A stretch of DNA of 64,000 nt from Octopus sinensis. Its lineage: Eukaryota. Of this stretch, positions 1 through 13,669 are shown piece by piece. The stretch's first letter is position 1. Each line of letters opens with the position of its first letter. The stretch covers positions 25,668,001 to 25,732,000 of the forward strand of contig NC_043010.1 in the NCBI RefSeq assembly GCF_006345805.1. Direction: 5' to 3'. The position numbers and the translations under genes were made by a program. The notes beneath the pieces were generated by a model. The model made no database searches and was not told the DNA's origin. It saw only the letters and a list, made by a program, of their open reading frames with translations.

Positions 1-180
1 ATGCTCCCATTTTGCTGCCAGTTGCAGTACACCGCTGCCAAGACGTCGTCTCCAAACAAGTCTGGCATACAACTGTAAAGCTCGTAGGGTAGACCATCCA
101 GACCCGGCGATTTATCCCTCGAGCATTCTGCCATCGCGTCCTGCACTTCCACCACCGTGATGGCATCTTCACAGCGCCCT
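1..180 (-). mobile_element. Tx1/L1-clade LINE fragment (pre-RT region), cut by the window edge
   Basis: Minus strand reads RCEDAITVVEVQDAMAECSRDKSPGLDGLPYELYSCMPDLFGDDVLAAVYCNWQQNGS, containing the KSPGxDG motif of L1-clade ORF2. It aligns by eye with the element at about 55710-55880. Confidence 0.85.
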
Positions 181-182
181 GC

Positions 183-189
183 CTATAGA

Positions 190-249
<60 letters not shown>

Positions 250-286
250 TAGATAGATAGGTAGATAGCTAGCTAGATAGATAGAT

Positions 287-341
<55 letters not shown>

Positions 342-480
342 CAGATAGACAGATAGACAGATAGCTAGCTAGATAGATAGATAGAGTGTGTGAGTGAGCA
401 AGACAGGCAGGCAGATAGATAGACAGACAGACAGACAGACAGGCAGGTAGACAGACAGACAGACAGACATAGATAGATAG
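183..480. repeat. Compound (GATA)n/(GACA)n tetranucleotide microsatellite
   Basis: Direct reading of the sequence. Confidence 0.95.
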
Positions 481-794
481 AGATGAATGACTAGATGGAG
501 AGATTAGATATAGATATAATTATCTGCCAAATTTCACTCTGAAAGCATTGGTCAACATGAGTCTATTTTAAAAGACACTTGCCCAGGGAACCATGAACTA
601 GGATTGAAACCAGACCACATGGTTGTGATATGAATTTCTAAACTGTAACCATAAGAATTATTCATATTTCTTTCAGAGTATGGTTTCCTGATATTCTTTT
701 AGTTTATATGTGGAGATATATTTACTGGTTATTGTCTCCAAGCAAGTGAATCTGAGTGCAGCATATTTGATTTGGCTTTATTATATGTCATTAA

Positions 795-842
<48 letters not shown>

Positions 843-956
843 GATCAAGTTATATTATAATTAATTCTTCAGTAATTTAATTAAGCTAAATGTTTTTCCC
901 CCCATTTTTATGAAGCTATACTGCCTCCTCTTCTTTATATGACTGTATGTTTGTGC

Positions 957-999
<43 letters not shown>

Positions 1000-1429
1000 T
1001 ACATATATATATTCACATACACACACATATATACAAAAATACACATCTCCCTCTCTTCCTCTCTCTATATATATATACATATATATATATGTGTGTGTGT
1101 GTGTGTATGTATTCATTCACACACACCTACACACCTATATACGCATATAAAATCTTTTGTCTTATGTTTCTTTTTTTCTTTTCCCTAAACTATGTGTCTT
1201 ATCTTAAATCTCAAATTTTCTGGACTGGTATCAAATATCTCCTTGTTACTTTAAATACAATTGCCTTTTTGTCAAAATTCAATAATTTTATGGAAAATTG
1301 AATTAAATTTAATCTAATTTATAAAATTTAACTTCATCTATTTTGTGAATGTAGTTGAGATTTTTACAAATTGCTGTTTTGAGAGAATATCCCCCAAGAC
1401 AAAGTTATGTGTCTTTAATTTTTCATTAA

Positions 1430-1820
1430 GATGGTGATGATGTTGATGATGATGATGAAAAGGAGGGGAGGGAGAGGGTTGTGAGAATGATGATGGTGGT
1501 GGCGACGACGATGGTGACAATAGGTTGTGACGATGGGCTGTGGTGGTGGTGGTGGTGGTGAAAGTAAAGAAAAATATTGCATGTTGATAAAGATGATGAT
1601 GAAGAGGAGGAGGGGAAAGGCTTGTGAGAATGATGCTGGTGGTGGTGATGACGATGGTGACAATAGATCATGGTGATGATGGGCTGTGGTGACGGTGGTG
1701 ATGGTGATGATGATGTTAGTTGTGGTGTTGATGATGGTGGTGGTGGTGATAATTATTGTAGTGGTGGTGGTGGTGGTGGCGATGAAAGTGACAATCATAA
1801 TGATGATGGCGACGGTAATC
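1430..1820. repeat. Compound (GAT)/(GGT) low-complexity tract with a ~145-bp imperfect tandem duplication
   Basis: gatgatgatgaa...ttgtgagaatgatg...gacgatggtgacaatag...gatgggctgtggtg occurs at about 1449-1558 and about 1593-1700. Confidence 0.8.
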
Positions 1821-2964
1821 ACTTAAAATAGTTAACATATTCAGTTGAAGTGTGCCATATGTTTTCACATGATATTCATACCTGAGGTGCTAAATTCTAT
1901 CTACGTTAATCAATAATTATAATCAGATAAATAAGGAACAAGATAGCAACAATTCATTATTGATAGCAGTTGTAACAACAATATCAACAACATTTTCTTC
2001 GTTAAACAGTACTTGTCTGTCTGTCTGTTTGGTTTTTTTTTCTCCTTTTATATACTTTCTTTTGTTAATTTCATTGTAATAGAAGAACAGAACAGACACG
2101 TGGAGGCAGACTTCTTACGACCAAATAATGCTTACCAAACTTGAAGTTTGAAGCAAATACACACACACACACACGCACGCACACACACACATACACGCAC
2201 ACAAATAATAACAGTAAGAATATTAATAATAATGATAGTAATAATAACAATATTGCTTTTCAATGGCACAATGTACGTGAGGACTATGTATTCTTGCCCT
2301 TGGCATTTCAGAAAGCAGATATGCCAATAGGTATGTGGAATATGTAGCATGTGCTAACAATTTTCAGTTCTTGATATGAATCTCTGCCTATTATCAAATT
2401 CTGCTCTTATCTCCTCTCTTTACTTTTTCAAATTGTTTGCACCCTCTCTTTCTTTCTCCTCTTTCGTTCATTCTTTTTGCAATATTTTTCTTTACTTATA
2501 CAACAAAACCTACTACCATTACTATTACTGCTGCTGCTGCCGTTGTTGCTGTTGTTGTTCTTGTTGTTGAAGAAACAGAGTGCTATCACTGTAGCCTCGG
2601 GCTACTCCTTCCAAAGAAGATACCCAGTAATCATTGTTACATTTACAATAACTGTAATGCTGCAGACAATTAAACAGGAAAAATATACATACATACATAC
2701 ATACATACATACATACATACATACACACATACAATGTACACACACACGCACACATAAAGCAGTGACAGCAACAACAAACAAACAAAAAATCTGACATCAC
2801 CTTTTGCAGCAGTTGTTTTTTTTTTTCTTTTAATCTGTTCTCTTTCTTTTTCCCAATCAGTCAACATCTAATATTATTATTAATTATATTTTGAGATGAA
2901 ACTGTAAATGAAAATGGTAGATACTGCATGAAAGAAAAATGTAAACAACAACAACAATGGTTTC

Positions 2965-3627
2965 GCATTTTAGCACAAGGCCAACAATTTCGGGGGAAGT
3001 GGGTAAGTCGATTACATTGACCCCAGCGCGAAACTGGTACTTAATTTATCAACCCTGAAAGGATGAAAGGCAAAGTCAACCGCAGCAGAATTTGAACTCA
3101 GAACATAAAAGCAGACGAAATGCCGCTAAGAATTTTGCCTGGTGTGGTAACAATTTTGCCAAGTCTAATAATATTATTGTTGTTGTTGTTGTTTCAAATT
3201 TTGACGAGGCTAGCGAGTTTAAGGGGAAGGGGTTATTGAATTACATCACCCCTATTATCAAACTGGTACTTTATCAACCCTGATAGGATAAAAAACAAAG
3301 TTTACTTTGGTAGTATTTGAACTAAAAATATAAAGCTCAAAGAAAATGCTGCAAAGCATTTTGTCTGACACGCTAACAATTGTGCCAGCTTGCTGCCTTA
3401 ATAATAATAATGATGACAACGACGACGACTAGTTGATTATATTGACCCCAGTGTTTCACTGGTACTTAATTTATCAATCCCAAAATGATGTAAGGCATAG
3501 CTGACCTCAACAGAATTTGAATTCAGAAAATAAAGATAAGCGAATTACCACTAAGCATTTCACCCAGAATACTAATGATTCTGCCAGCTCACCACCTTAG
3601 ATGATAATAATAATAATAATAATAATA

Positions 3628-3701
<74 letters not shown>

Positions 3702-4025
3702 TATGAAGATATTTCGCTACTGCACCTGCCACTTCCCCTCCCCAAGCTTTCAGTCATACTTTAACATCTCTTATCCTTCACTCACCCTAGGATGCTGGGT
3801 GTGTCTCAGCAAGTGATTACAACAAACATGCAGATTAAAAGTAAATGATAATAACAATAATAATAATAATGATAATGATAATTTTTTCAAATTTTGGTGC
3901 AAGGCCAGCAGTTTTGAGAGGGTGGGGTAAGTTGATTACACCAACCTCAGTGTTCTACTGGTACTTATTTTAATGAGCCCCAAAGGAAAAAAGTGCAAGT
4001 CAACCTCGGCATCATTCAAACTCAT
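2965..4025 (-). mobile_element. Array of about four SINE family-B copies (not all complete) separated by (AAT)n/(GTT)n tracts
   Basis: Repeated block gatt..attgaccccag..actggtacttaatttatc..accc..aaaggatgaaaggcaaagt..aatttgaactcagaa..ctaagcattt..tgccagct at about 2965-3160, 3190-3400, 3430-3600 and 3880-4025. Confidence 0.85.
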
Positions 4026-4289
4026 GACATAAGCAATCACAACAAACAATAGTAAATAGTTGCATTGTACTTTGTTTTCCCATTAGAAATGATTACCAGT
4101 GGACTGAGATATATTATTTACTAAGAGGGACCGATCAAGTCTAAGAAAAAGCCCCTCTGTGCAGTCATGCAGGCTGCTATAAATAACACCCCTATTAAAC
4201 AGAGGAAGGAAGAACATATTTTGTGTTGCTCAGAATTTGAAACTAAATAAGCACTAACAATTAAAAAAATTGTTGCCGTGTCAATGAAA

Positions 4290-4510
4290 GAACAACAAAG
4301 TGGTCACACGACCTGTTAGAAATAATAGTTCAATCTCTTTCAAATCACTAATATCTTTGAAACAAAACAAGTACACATTTGATAACATATGTGATATGTT
4401 TTGATATGAAGGCATTAGATAATGCACCCTTAAATAAACTGTATACAAAGAAAAAATGATAAGGTGATCCTTGCTCAAATAGGTATGACCTAGGGCTAAA
4501 CACCAACAGC
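4290..4510 (+). mobile_element. Interspersed repeat family D (acctgttagaaatagcagccaaat... type), unclassified SINE-like
   Basis: The same motif recurs at about 10150-10330, 11610-11700, 22500-22700, 45860-45980, 48140-48585, 49990-50360 and 58800-59110. Confidence 0.6.
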
Positions 4511-4646
4511 AACATGCTTTCTATATTGGTCTTTATCTGTGGTGTTCTTCATTCTCGTTTCTAACTTCACACACTCCTTCTCTTAGTTTGTTCCATTAAA
4601 CTCTTTTAAACTCATTCACCAACTTAAATTTCCTGAATTGTATTTT

Positions 4647-5020
4647 TACCAACCGCATGGTTCCGGGTTCAGTCCCACTGTGTGGCACCTTGGGCAAGTG
4701 TCTTCTACTATAGCCTCGGGCCGACCAAAGCCTTGTGAGTGGATTTGGTAGACGGAGACTGAAAGAAGCCTGTCGTATATATGTATATATATGTATATGT
4801 ATGTGTGTGTTTGTGTGTCTGTGTTTGTCCCCCTAGCATTGCTTGACAACTGATGCTGGTGTGTTTATGTCCCCGTTACTTAGCGGTTCGGCAAAAGAGA
4901 CCGATAGAATAAGTACTGGGCTTACAAAGAATAAGTCTCGGGGTCGATTTGCTCGACTAAAGGCGGTGCTCCAGCATGGCCGCAGTCAAATGACTGAAAC
5001 AAGTAAAAGAGTAAAAGAGT
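4647..5020 (+). mobile_element. tRNA-derived SINE family A, 5'-clipped, well preserved
   Basis: B-box-like ggttccgggttcagtccc, internal (TA)/(TG) tract and 3' gactgaaacaagtaaaagagtaaaagag tail. Many copies in the window. Confidence 0.9.
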
Positions 5021-5067
5021 ATACAAAATATTTCCTCATGTACAGAAGTGTATTCATTTATTCAGAC

Positions 5068-5106
<39 letters not shown>

Positions 5107-5252
5107 GCACACACACTCTGACAGTCTGTCCATCTGTCTTGAATACCTGTATATATATAATACCTGTATATATATATATATATGTTTGTGTGTCAGTATG
5201 ACTGAGAGGCTGAAGTTACAATAAGTAAAATAACTGACTGTTTTATATATAC

Positions 5253-5432
5253 TGGCACAGGAGTGGCTGTATGGTAAGAAGCTTACTTCCCAACCACATG
5301 GTTCCAGGTTCAGTCCCACTGCATGGCACCTTAAGCGTCTTCTATTGTAGCCTCGGGCTGACCAAAGCCTTGTGAGTGGATTTGGTAGATGGAAACTTAA
5401 AGAAGCCTGTCACATATATATGTATGTATGTA

Positions 5433-5475
<43 letters not shown>

Positions 5476-5677
5476 ATGTTTGTGCGTCCGTGTCACCCCA
5501 CCACCGCTTAACAACCAATGCTGGTGTGTTTTCGTCCCTGTAACTGAGCAGTTCAACAATAGAGGCCGATAGAATAAGTACTAAGCTTACAAAGAATAAG
5601 TCCTAGGGTTGATTTGTTTGACTAAAGGCAGTGCTCCAGCATAACTACAGTCAAATGACTGAAACAAATAAAAGAAT
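5253..5677 (+). mobile_element. SINE family A, full length
   Basis: Head ggagtggctgtatggtaagaagctt...ggttcagtccc and tail gactgaaacaaataaaag. Confidence 0.9.
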
Positions 5678-5689
5678 ATAGATATTTAT

Positions 5690-5732
<43 letters not shown>

Positions 5733-5779
5733 CTGACTACTCCAAATATCTAACAGATAGCTTTTTAATAATGAAATAA

Positions 5780-6500
5780 TAATAATAATGAAATTATTGT
5801 TTATAGTGCTCAGGTGCACTACAACTCATCAAAGGTGCATGTACAGTACATAGAATTATGTACAAAAGTCAGGAAAGTGAACAGTGTAAAATTAACGATA
5901 TACATTGCGTGCATGCGTATGTCTCGGCAACTGACAACTGATGCAGGTAGTTTGTTCCATGCTTCAGCAACTCAGAATGTGAAAAAATGTTTCCGAAAGT
6001 CATGGGAGCTGTGCTGTTTTCTGACTTTGTGGGCATGCCCACATGTTAGACACATGGAACTCAAAAAGGTGCTTAAGGTGGTTGTTGGCATGATGGTTAA
6101 TAATTTTTGGGGTGTTTACCAAGTTAATTACCAGACATCAGAGCTTCAATGTATCCATGCCCAGGAAGCAAAGCGTTCAGAGTGTGGTAGATGCCTGATG
6201 GAGGGGATTCACTCGGTTGCACATCTCTGAACAGTTTCCAGAAGGTCAATATCCCGAGCAAGAGAGGGGTTCCAGACAGGTGATGCAAATTCCAAGTGTG
6301 GCCTCACCATAACCATATGCAGTGTTAAACAGATAGCTGTGTGATGTCACGATACCCTCAGCCTTCTGGACAATTTTAGAGATGTGCTTTGTCCAGTGCA
6401 AATCGCTGCTGACAGTAATGCCCAGAGTATGTGGACCCTGGGTTTTCCACCCAAAATGCATGGTGGTACACTTGTTCACAGCCAGGTTGAGCCATTGTTG
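5780..6500 (-). mobile_element. CR1-clade LINE 3' fragment (degenerate RT C-terminus plus 3' end)
   Basis: Minus strand gives ...FNTAYGYGEATLGICITCLEP..., frameshifted relics of the RPHLEFA..VWNP motif and of the FRKHFF.LRVAEAWNKLP motif typical of CR1 RT C-termini. Confidence 0.75.
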
Positions 6501-6854
6501 CCATTCTTCCCTTACTTAAAAGCCCATGCTTGTGAGAAAGGAAGCATATCTAAAAATGAACTCCACAACTTGGTGTGTTTGTGTGTGTATATATATATAT
6601 TTTAATAATTATATACATAATTATAACAAGGGATTGGCTATAAGCCTCTCCATGTGCTAGAAAAATAGACACCAAAAGATGGTATTGCCACCTTAAAATC
6701 TCTGAGAATAATGCACTGGGTTGTAGGTGAGCAAAAGAAAGATAAGGAATTAAACTTTTGGTTATATATATATATATAATATATATACTCACACCTACAC
6801 CATCATCATCATCGTTATCATTTAACATTCGTTGTCCATGCTAGCATGGGTTAG

Positions 6855-6903
<49 letters not shown>

Positions 6904-7789
6904 GTATGTATATATATGTATATATATGTATATGTATAGACATATGTATGTAACATACACACACACTCATATATATGTTTACGTGTGTGTATCTCTGTGT
7001 GTTTGTGTGTGTGTGTGTGTAATTTTGGTCAAGTTAATCTTTTGCTACTCTGAGTTTCACTTCTGGGTGGCACAGTCTTCAGACAAGTTACAACTATTCA
7101 ACACTAAATGGATATGTATGTATGAATGTATGTACATACGTACATATATACATACAAATATGAGTATGTGTGAGTGTATGTGTATACACACATACACACA
7201 CACACACACACTCATGCACCTACATACACATGCAGGTATATGCACACACACACCACACACACATGGAACTTACTTCTTTGCATAGAACTTCTAAGGCTAG
7301 CTTGTGCTTCTTGCTTAATGTAGTAGCAGTTGTGAAGCTTAACTAGTACATTATAATAAATATTTACATAAACAGAAAGCATTAGGTAGTCTCTACAATT
7401 TTTTGTGATATTACTTTGTTCATAATACTACTTGTTAACATATTTTATGTTTACATCAAGAAAAAGTAGATGCTTTTTGACTTGTGAAATAAACGATGTT
7501 TTAAGAATGAATTTCAAAGTGGTTTACAGATAAATTTGAAGGTTACCTGTTGGACTCCCATTTTCTGTACCCATGCAGATTCCAACCCTGCAAGAAAGCC
7601 TTCAACCTTTATTCTATATGAGGGATTTTTTAGAACCTATCATTTATAGTGCATCTGCTTCAAGACTCTTCCCTTAAAAAATTATAAACATCTTCAATTT
7701 GGTTTTCATTCCTATCCTCACTTATGGTCAGTAATTTCTGAAAGAGAATGATCACAACTAGAAATAGCCAGAAATGAGGATCTTCTGAA

Positions 7790-8090
7790 GGATTTCTGGA
7801 ATTATGTTGTCCAACAGGCTGCATAATTTGGGAATCAGAGAGTCTCTCCAGGTCAAGTTGCTACTTCTCAGGCCACAGCTCTTGTACTATGGATATGGAA
7901 TTAGGTTTCAAGAAAGAATCGCAAAATGGATTCTTCAAGACAAAGCTATCTGGAGGCAGATCAAGAATGAGATGGTTGCATTATGTCCAATTTTTCAGTT
8001 GGTTGTATTTGGGAATCAAGTTGGAAGGTCTAATGGCTTTCTGATAAAATCTTATGGAGAAAATGCCTGAGAACTCTGCCCTCATGAATA
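7790..8090 (+). mobile_element. Highly decayed RTE-like LINE 3' remnant
   Basis: IRESLQVKLLLLRPQLLYYG followed by frameshifted GGRSRMRWLHYVQ- and LWRKCL-like relics. Confidence 0.45.
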
Positions 8091-8409
8091 GGAGGCAGAG
8101 AAGATAGGTGGATGTGTGTGTGTGTGTGTTTGTTTTTATACAACACCAACACCTCTGCTTGATAACTGATGTTGGTTTATTTACATCACCATGATTACAT
8201 GGGTTGGACAAAATTCACTGCTGCGGGTTTTGACCGTCTGGATGCCCTTCCTGTCACCAACCCTTACCTGCTTCCAAGTATGGTAATATTATTTCCCTGA
8301 ATCATTCAAGCATAAATAGCATAATGGCCAGACATGATTTCACAGAAGTTTGCAAATTAACAACACTATGTATGACTGTGACACTTGCATATAATGAAAC
8401 AGAGCACAC

Positions 8410-8750
8410 ACTTGCACACATCGAGCATTCCGTCGATTGCGACGACGAGGGTCCCAGCTGATATGATCAATGAAACAGCTTGCTCGTGAAATTAATGTGC
8501 AAGTAGTGGCTGAGCACTCCACAAACACGTGTACCCTTAACGTAGTTCTCGGGGAGATTCAGCATGACACAGAGTATGACAAGGCTGGCCCTTTGAAATA
8601 CAGCTACTACTCAATTTTGCCAGCTGAGTGAACTGGAGAAACGTGAAATAAAGTGTCTTGCTCAAGGACACAACGCGCCGCCGGGAATTGAACTCACGAC
8701 CTTACGATCATGAGCCAAATGCCCCTAACCACTAAGCCACGCACCTTCAC
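8410..8750 (-). mobile_element. tRNA-derived SINE family C (CORE/V-like central domain)
   Basis: Reverse strand: gtgaaggtgcgtggcttagtggttagggcatttggctcatgatcgtaaggtcgtgagttcaattcccggcggcgcgttgtgtccttgagcaagacactttatttcacg, with A and B boxes. Confidence 0.85.
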
Positions 8751-8809
8751 ACTTGCACACATACATACATGCATGCATACATACATACATACATACATAC
8801 ATACCATCA

Positions 8810-9000
8810 TCATCATCATTTAACATTCCTTTCCCATGCTGACATGGGTTGGACAGTTTGACCAGAGCTGGTCAGCCAGAGAGCTGCTCCAGGCTCAAGT
8901 CCTCTGTTTTGGCTTAGTTTCTATGGCCGAATGCCCTTACTCACAACAACCACTTTACAGAGCGTACTGGGTGCTTTTTATGTGACATAGGCACATGTGC
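8810..9000 (-). mobile_element. RTE-type 3' tail fragment ending in (GAT)n
   Basis: Matches the 3' end of the RTE at 12070-13305 (aacccatgccagcatgg...gttaaa + gatgat). Similar tails lie at about 20850-21080, 21740-21820, 33500-33780, 35960-36200, 40090-40490, 42140-42260, 59330-59510 and 62630-62940. Confidence 0.75.
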
Positions 9001-10485
9001 TTTTTACGTGGCACACTTTATATGTATATGTGTGGAAGGGTTAGGCTGGGTTGATGGGGGAGGGCATATGTGAGTGTTTGTACCTCCTCTTGGCATCAAG
9101 CGATACTTATGATTGAACATCACCATCCTAGAAGCAATGTCCCTTGTTTCCAGTCTTCAGTGAAAATAAGTCTAGCCACAGAGGGAAATATTATCTTGCA
9201 TAGCAACAGGTGAGGAGGATTGACAAGAAGAAAGGTATACAGCCATAGAAAATCTGCCTCTGCAAATTCTGTCTGGTCCAATGTGTCTTCTCGTAATGCA
9301 AGATGCTTGGATGAAGCATGAGGGTAATTCAGATGCTATTTATAACAGATCAAGTTACCCACAATCAATGTGCTTTCTTCATACAGCAGTCTGCTTCTCG
9401 TAAGATTTGTCAAGTATCTGTAGTAATTATTTTTGGTTTTCCATGACAGTACAAACAAGAATGTACAGCAGAAAAACCAAAGTGAATTATTTATTTTAAT
9501 ATGTAAGTCTAGTAAAATACACTTTATATGTCACTTTCTTATACATTCATGAGATATCTCTATACAAATTATTATTCATAATGTGAGGTGTGATTTCGCT
9601 TAAAATCCACCATTATAAAAGCTTGACGCTTCATGGTGTTTTAGGTGCTAAAAGATCAAAAAAAAAAATGGACTAACAAGAAAACTCTAGAGTAAGTCCT
9701 CTGCAAATGTAATAATTTCAGGATATCTTTGTCTATCAGCGCTGGCTTCTTGTATTAATTATTCATTAGATTATTGTTGTTTGGTTTATTTTACATGGTC
9801 TTGCTGTTCCAGTATTTTAATATTATAGAGAATGTCTTCTTTTCTTTCTGTTTCTCTTCATTGCCATACAACTGGATAGGGTCACTGTGTGCTAGATGAG
9901 CATATCCTAGTTTTCGGTGTGGGGGGGGGGGGGTATGAGGAGTCTTTCCATTTTTTTTTTGTGTGTGGCATTAAGATACCGTTTGTCCTCACTCCACCAC
10001 CATCCCACCCCTTATGCCACCCTGCTTTGGACACCATTCTCCTTTGCAGGTTTAAGGAGAATTTAAGGAGAATACTTCTTATGCACTGCCAACTTATAAA
10101 ACACTTGGTCAGTTTGAGAGAATGGTATGATGGAGGTACTACATGGTTGCTCAACCTGCTAGAAACATCAGCTAAATCTCTCTTAAATCGTATCCTAGCA
10201 TCTTAAATAATGATAAAACGCACGAGATAATGTAGCTGTGCATTACTCCTAAAAAGTCAGAGAGGTCATGGCTGGAATACCTGTACCCATGGATCTGCTC
10301 ATTTTAAGTCTACATGAGAGTAATCAACAACCACCGCCTCTGCCACCTAGCCACATATATAATTAATTATTGATAATTAAGTTAGAAGAAATAGTGTATT
10401 GTACATAAATGTGTTAACTCTAGTTTTATACCTTCATATTCTGGGTTGAAATCTAGTATTTATTTCACTTTTGCTCCTTTCAGAT

Positions 10486-10885
10486 TCAGGTATGGCTGTG
10501 TGGTAAAAAGCTTGCTTCCCAACCACATGGTTCCAGGTTCAATCCCACTGCGTGACACCTTAGGCTAGCGTCTTCTGCTATAGTCACAGGCTCACCAAAG
10601 TCTTGTGAATGGATTTGGTAGGCGGAAACTGAAAGAAGCCCTTTGTGTGTATGTGTATGTGTGTGTTTGTGTTTGTGTATGTCCCCCCTCACAATTTGCC
10701 AACCGGTGTTGGTGTTTACATCCCTGTAATTTAGCGGTTCAGCAAAAAACTGATAGAATAGGTACCAGTCTTAAAATAAAATTAAAAAAACAAGTGCTGG
10801 GGTCAATTCATTTGACTAAAAATTCTTCTAGGCAGTGCCCCAGCATGGCCACATTCTAATGACTGAAACAAGTATAAAAATAGAA
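10486..10885 (+). mobile_element. SINE family A
   Basis: Same head, body and tail as the 5253-5677 copy. Confidence 0.85.
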
Positions 10886-11989
10886 AAAAAAGGGTATCAG
10901 TAGTTAGCCTGGGTTTATTTAGTCAATGATTTACCTTTTCTTCTGAAAAAATTTGAGGTGCCTGACTTGCTGAAAGAAATCAAATATACCCCTCCCCTTC
11001 TCTCTCTCTTTCTCTCTCTCTCTTTCTCTTTCTCTCTCTTAGTAACCTCTACTGCCATATGGTTTTCTATTTCCAATCAGCTAGACTGAGACATTGAGCA
11101 AATGAAGTGTTGTTTGTTAAGAATACAACACAATGCCATCGATGTAAACCATTGTCTCTATAACGGCAGGCCAACAGGCCAACATGCTCAGCTTAGCTGC
11201 AACTGTGGGCAACCAAAATTGCTATTGACCCTGATGCTTTCACAAACTTGACCTATTTTTCAGTTTTGAATTCCACTGTCAACATAACTCTCTCAGCTCA
11301 TTCCTTTCTCAGTACTTGCCATCTATGAATACTTAAGTTTTGCAATCAAACACAATACACCTTACCTTTTGTGCACAAAAGAAATCTCTTTGTTATTAGA
11401 ATTTACTAAATATCTTCCAGCTATTACAAAACCTGACCTATCTTTTAATATCGATTCTATCTTTACCTAACATGACTTTTTCACTTGGCTATAGTGAAGT
11501 TTCGTTGTCTGGCACTACATCTACTTTGAAATAATTATTATTAGCTTTGCTAACAATATAGAGATTGGGGTTGGAATGAGAGTGGTGTGTGTGGGGGAAG
11601 AGTCTCTCTTTGACGACCTGACAGACCAGAAATAGCAGCCAAATTTTCCTCAGATCACACATGACTATCCTTAAAAAATGAAGGGCTGGCAGACTTTACA
11701 TCTTGGAGAAAAAAAAAGAACAAGGATTGGCTGGGATTTTTTTTCTGGCACTTGGTTCATATTCCTGTATTTCACACAAAGGAATTACAGCTATGAAAGA
11801 ATCCCCCCTCCCCTCAATTTCTTACATTTTTGCTCCCCAGCCCCAGACCCTTCTATTTCCCTATGAGGTAGTGACAGCTATTCTGAAAGTCTGCCAAACA
11901 AAGTCACTTGGATGGTGCAAAGCCAGGCCCAGAACTTTATATAAACATTGTTGATTTTTTGCAAACCTTAATATCAGAACAAACACAGT

Positions 11990-12046
<57 letters not shown>

Positions 12047-12069
12047 CATTATTATTATTATTATTATTA

Positions 12070-13305
12070 GGCGTAGGTAGAAACTCTATAAGGTGCACCA
12101 AGTGTAAGCTATGGACACATAAGAGGTGCAGCAATGTCAAAGGAAGGCTAACTAGGAAGATAGTTTTTGTATGTGGCAGATGCTTGGGAGCAATAAACAC
12201 TGAAAATACGCAGAGACCATCTTCCACCATATTCCAGGGAGAAAAACTAGAAATAGTTGATAGCTTCCATTACCTAGGTGACCAAGTCAGCAGCGGGGGC
12301 ACCGAAAGTGTAACTGCTTGAGTAAGAATAGCCTGGGCAAAGTTCAGAGAGCTCTTACCTCTGCTGGTGAAAAAGGCCTCTCGCTCAGAGTAAAAGGCAG
12401 ATTGTATGACGCATGTGTATGAACAGCTATGCTACATGGCAGTGAAACATGGGCCGTGACTGCTGAGGATATGCATAAGCTTGCAAGAAATGAAGCCAGT
12501 ATGCTCCGATGGATGTGTAATGTCAGTGTTCATACTCGACAGAGTGTAAGTACTTTGAGAGAAAAGTTGGACCTAAGAAGCATCAGTTGTGGTGTGCAAG
12601 AGAGACGTTTGCGCTGGTATGGTCATGTGACGAGAATGGATGAAGATAGTTGTGTGAAAAAGTGCCACACCCTAGCGGTTGAGGGAACCTGTGGAAGAGG
12701 CAGACCCAGGAAAACCTGGGACGAGGTGGTGAAGCACGACCTTTGAACTTTAGGTCTCGCCAAGGAAATGACTAGAGACCTTTGGAAGTATGCTGTGCTT
12801 GAGAAGACCCGGCAGGACAAGTGAGGCCATAATCCCGTGGCCTAACCTGGGATGTAGCCAGCCCACTTATGCATTCCTTTCCTTCTTGGGACACTTGTGA
12901 AAACCTGTTGAGGCAAGTGAAAATCAAAATCAAAATCGTAATCTGTCAACATCAATGGAATTTGTAGCTGTGATACCAGTGCCGGTGGCACATAAGAGAA
13001 CCATCCGAACGTGGCCGTAGCCAGCGCCGCTCGACTGGCATCCGTGCTGGTGGCACGTAAAAAGTACCATCCCATCGTGGCCGTTTGCCAGCCTCGTCTG
13101 GCACCTGTGCCGGTGGCATATAAAAAGCACCCACTACACTCACGGAGTGGTTGGCGTTAGGAAGGGCATCCAGCCATAGAAACACTGCCAGATCATACTG
13201 GGCCTGGTGCAGCCTTCTGGCTTCCCAGACCCCAGTTGAACCGTCCAACCCATGCCAGCATTGAAAGCGGATGTTAAACGATGATGATGATGATGATGAT
13301 GATGA
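12070..13305 (+). mobile_element. 5'-truncated RTE-clade LINE (RT C-terminal part, 3' UTR, (ATG)n tail)
   Basis: MLHGSETWAVTAEDMHKLARNEASMLRWMC...RRLRWYGHVTRMDEDSCVKKC...RGRPRKTWDEVVK, with frameshifts. Same family as 60990-62625. Confidence 0.93.
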
Positions 13306-13669
13306 TTATTATTATTATTAGATGAATTCAATAATAGAAAAGTAATGTTTCACATCAATCCAAAAATGTTTCTACACTCATTTATTTTGGTGTTGTTCAA
13401 TTACCCTCACCCTACAAAAATTTACCAGGTATGCTTACACCCCTTGCATCTCCTGTTCTCAAGCCTATGAAAGAAAGGATACTAAGAAGGATAGTTTAGT
13501 TAGAGATATACATAAATGAAAGTTTGTTCTCAGCTGGGGGATTCTTTTTGATTGTAAGTTAGTTCAGTGAAGGCTGTCCTGTAGCTAAAAGGACAGCATC
13601 AACATCAAAATTAGTGTCTGAAGAGGGGTAATTACGATATTATAAATTTTTTATTCTTTTTTTATGATT

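Noticed and set aside
677-750. VWFPDILL after a good acceptor, resembling the Cys-loop receptor W.PDI.L motif
   Set aside because: The following residues do not continue the motif (no YN/N), the frame soon closes, and no other receptor exons were found.
2965-4025. Regularly spaced repeats with spacers, superficially CRISPR-like
   Set aside because: The units are ~200-bp diverged SINEs in eukaryotic DNA, and there are no cas genes.
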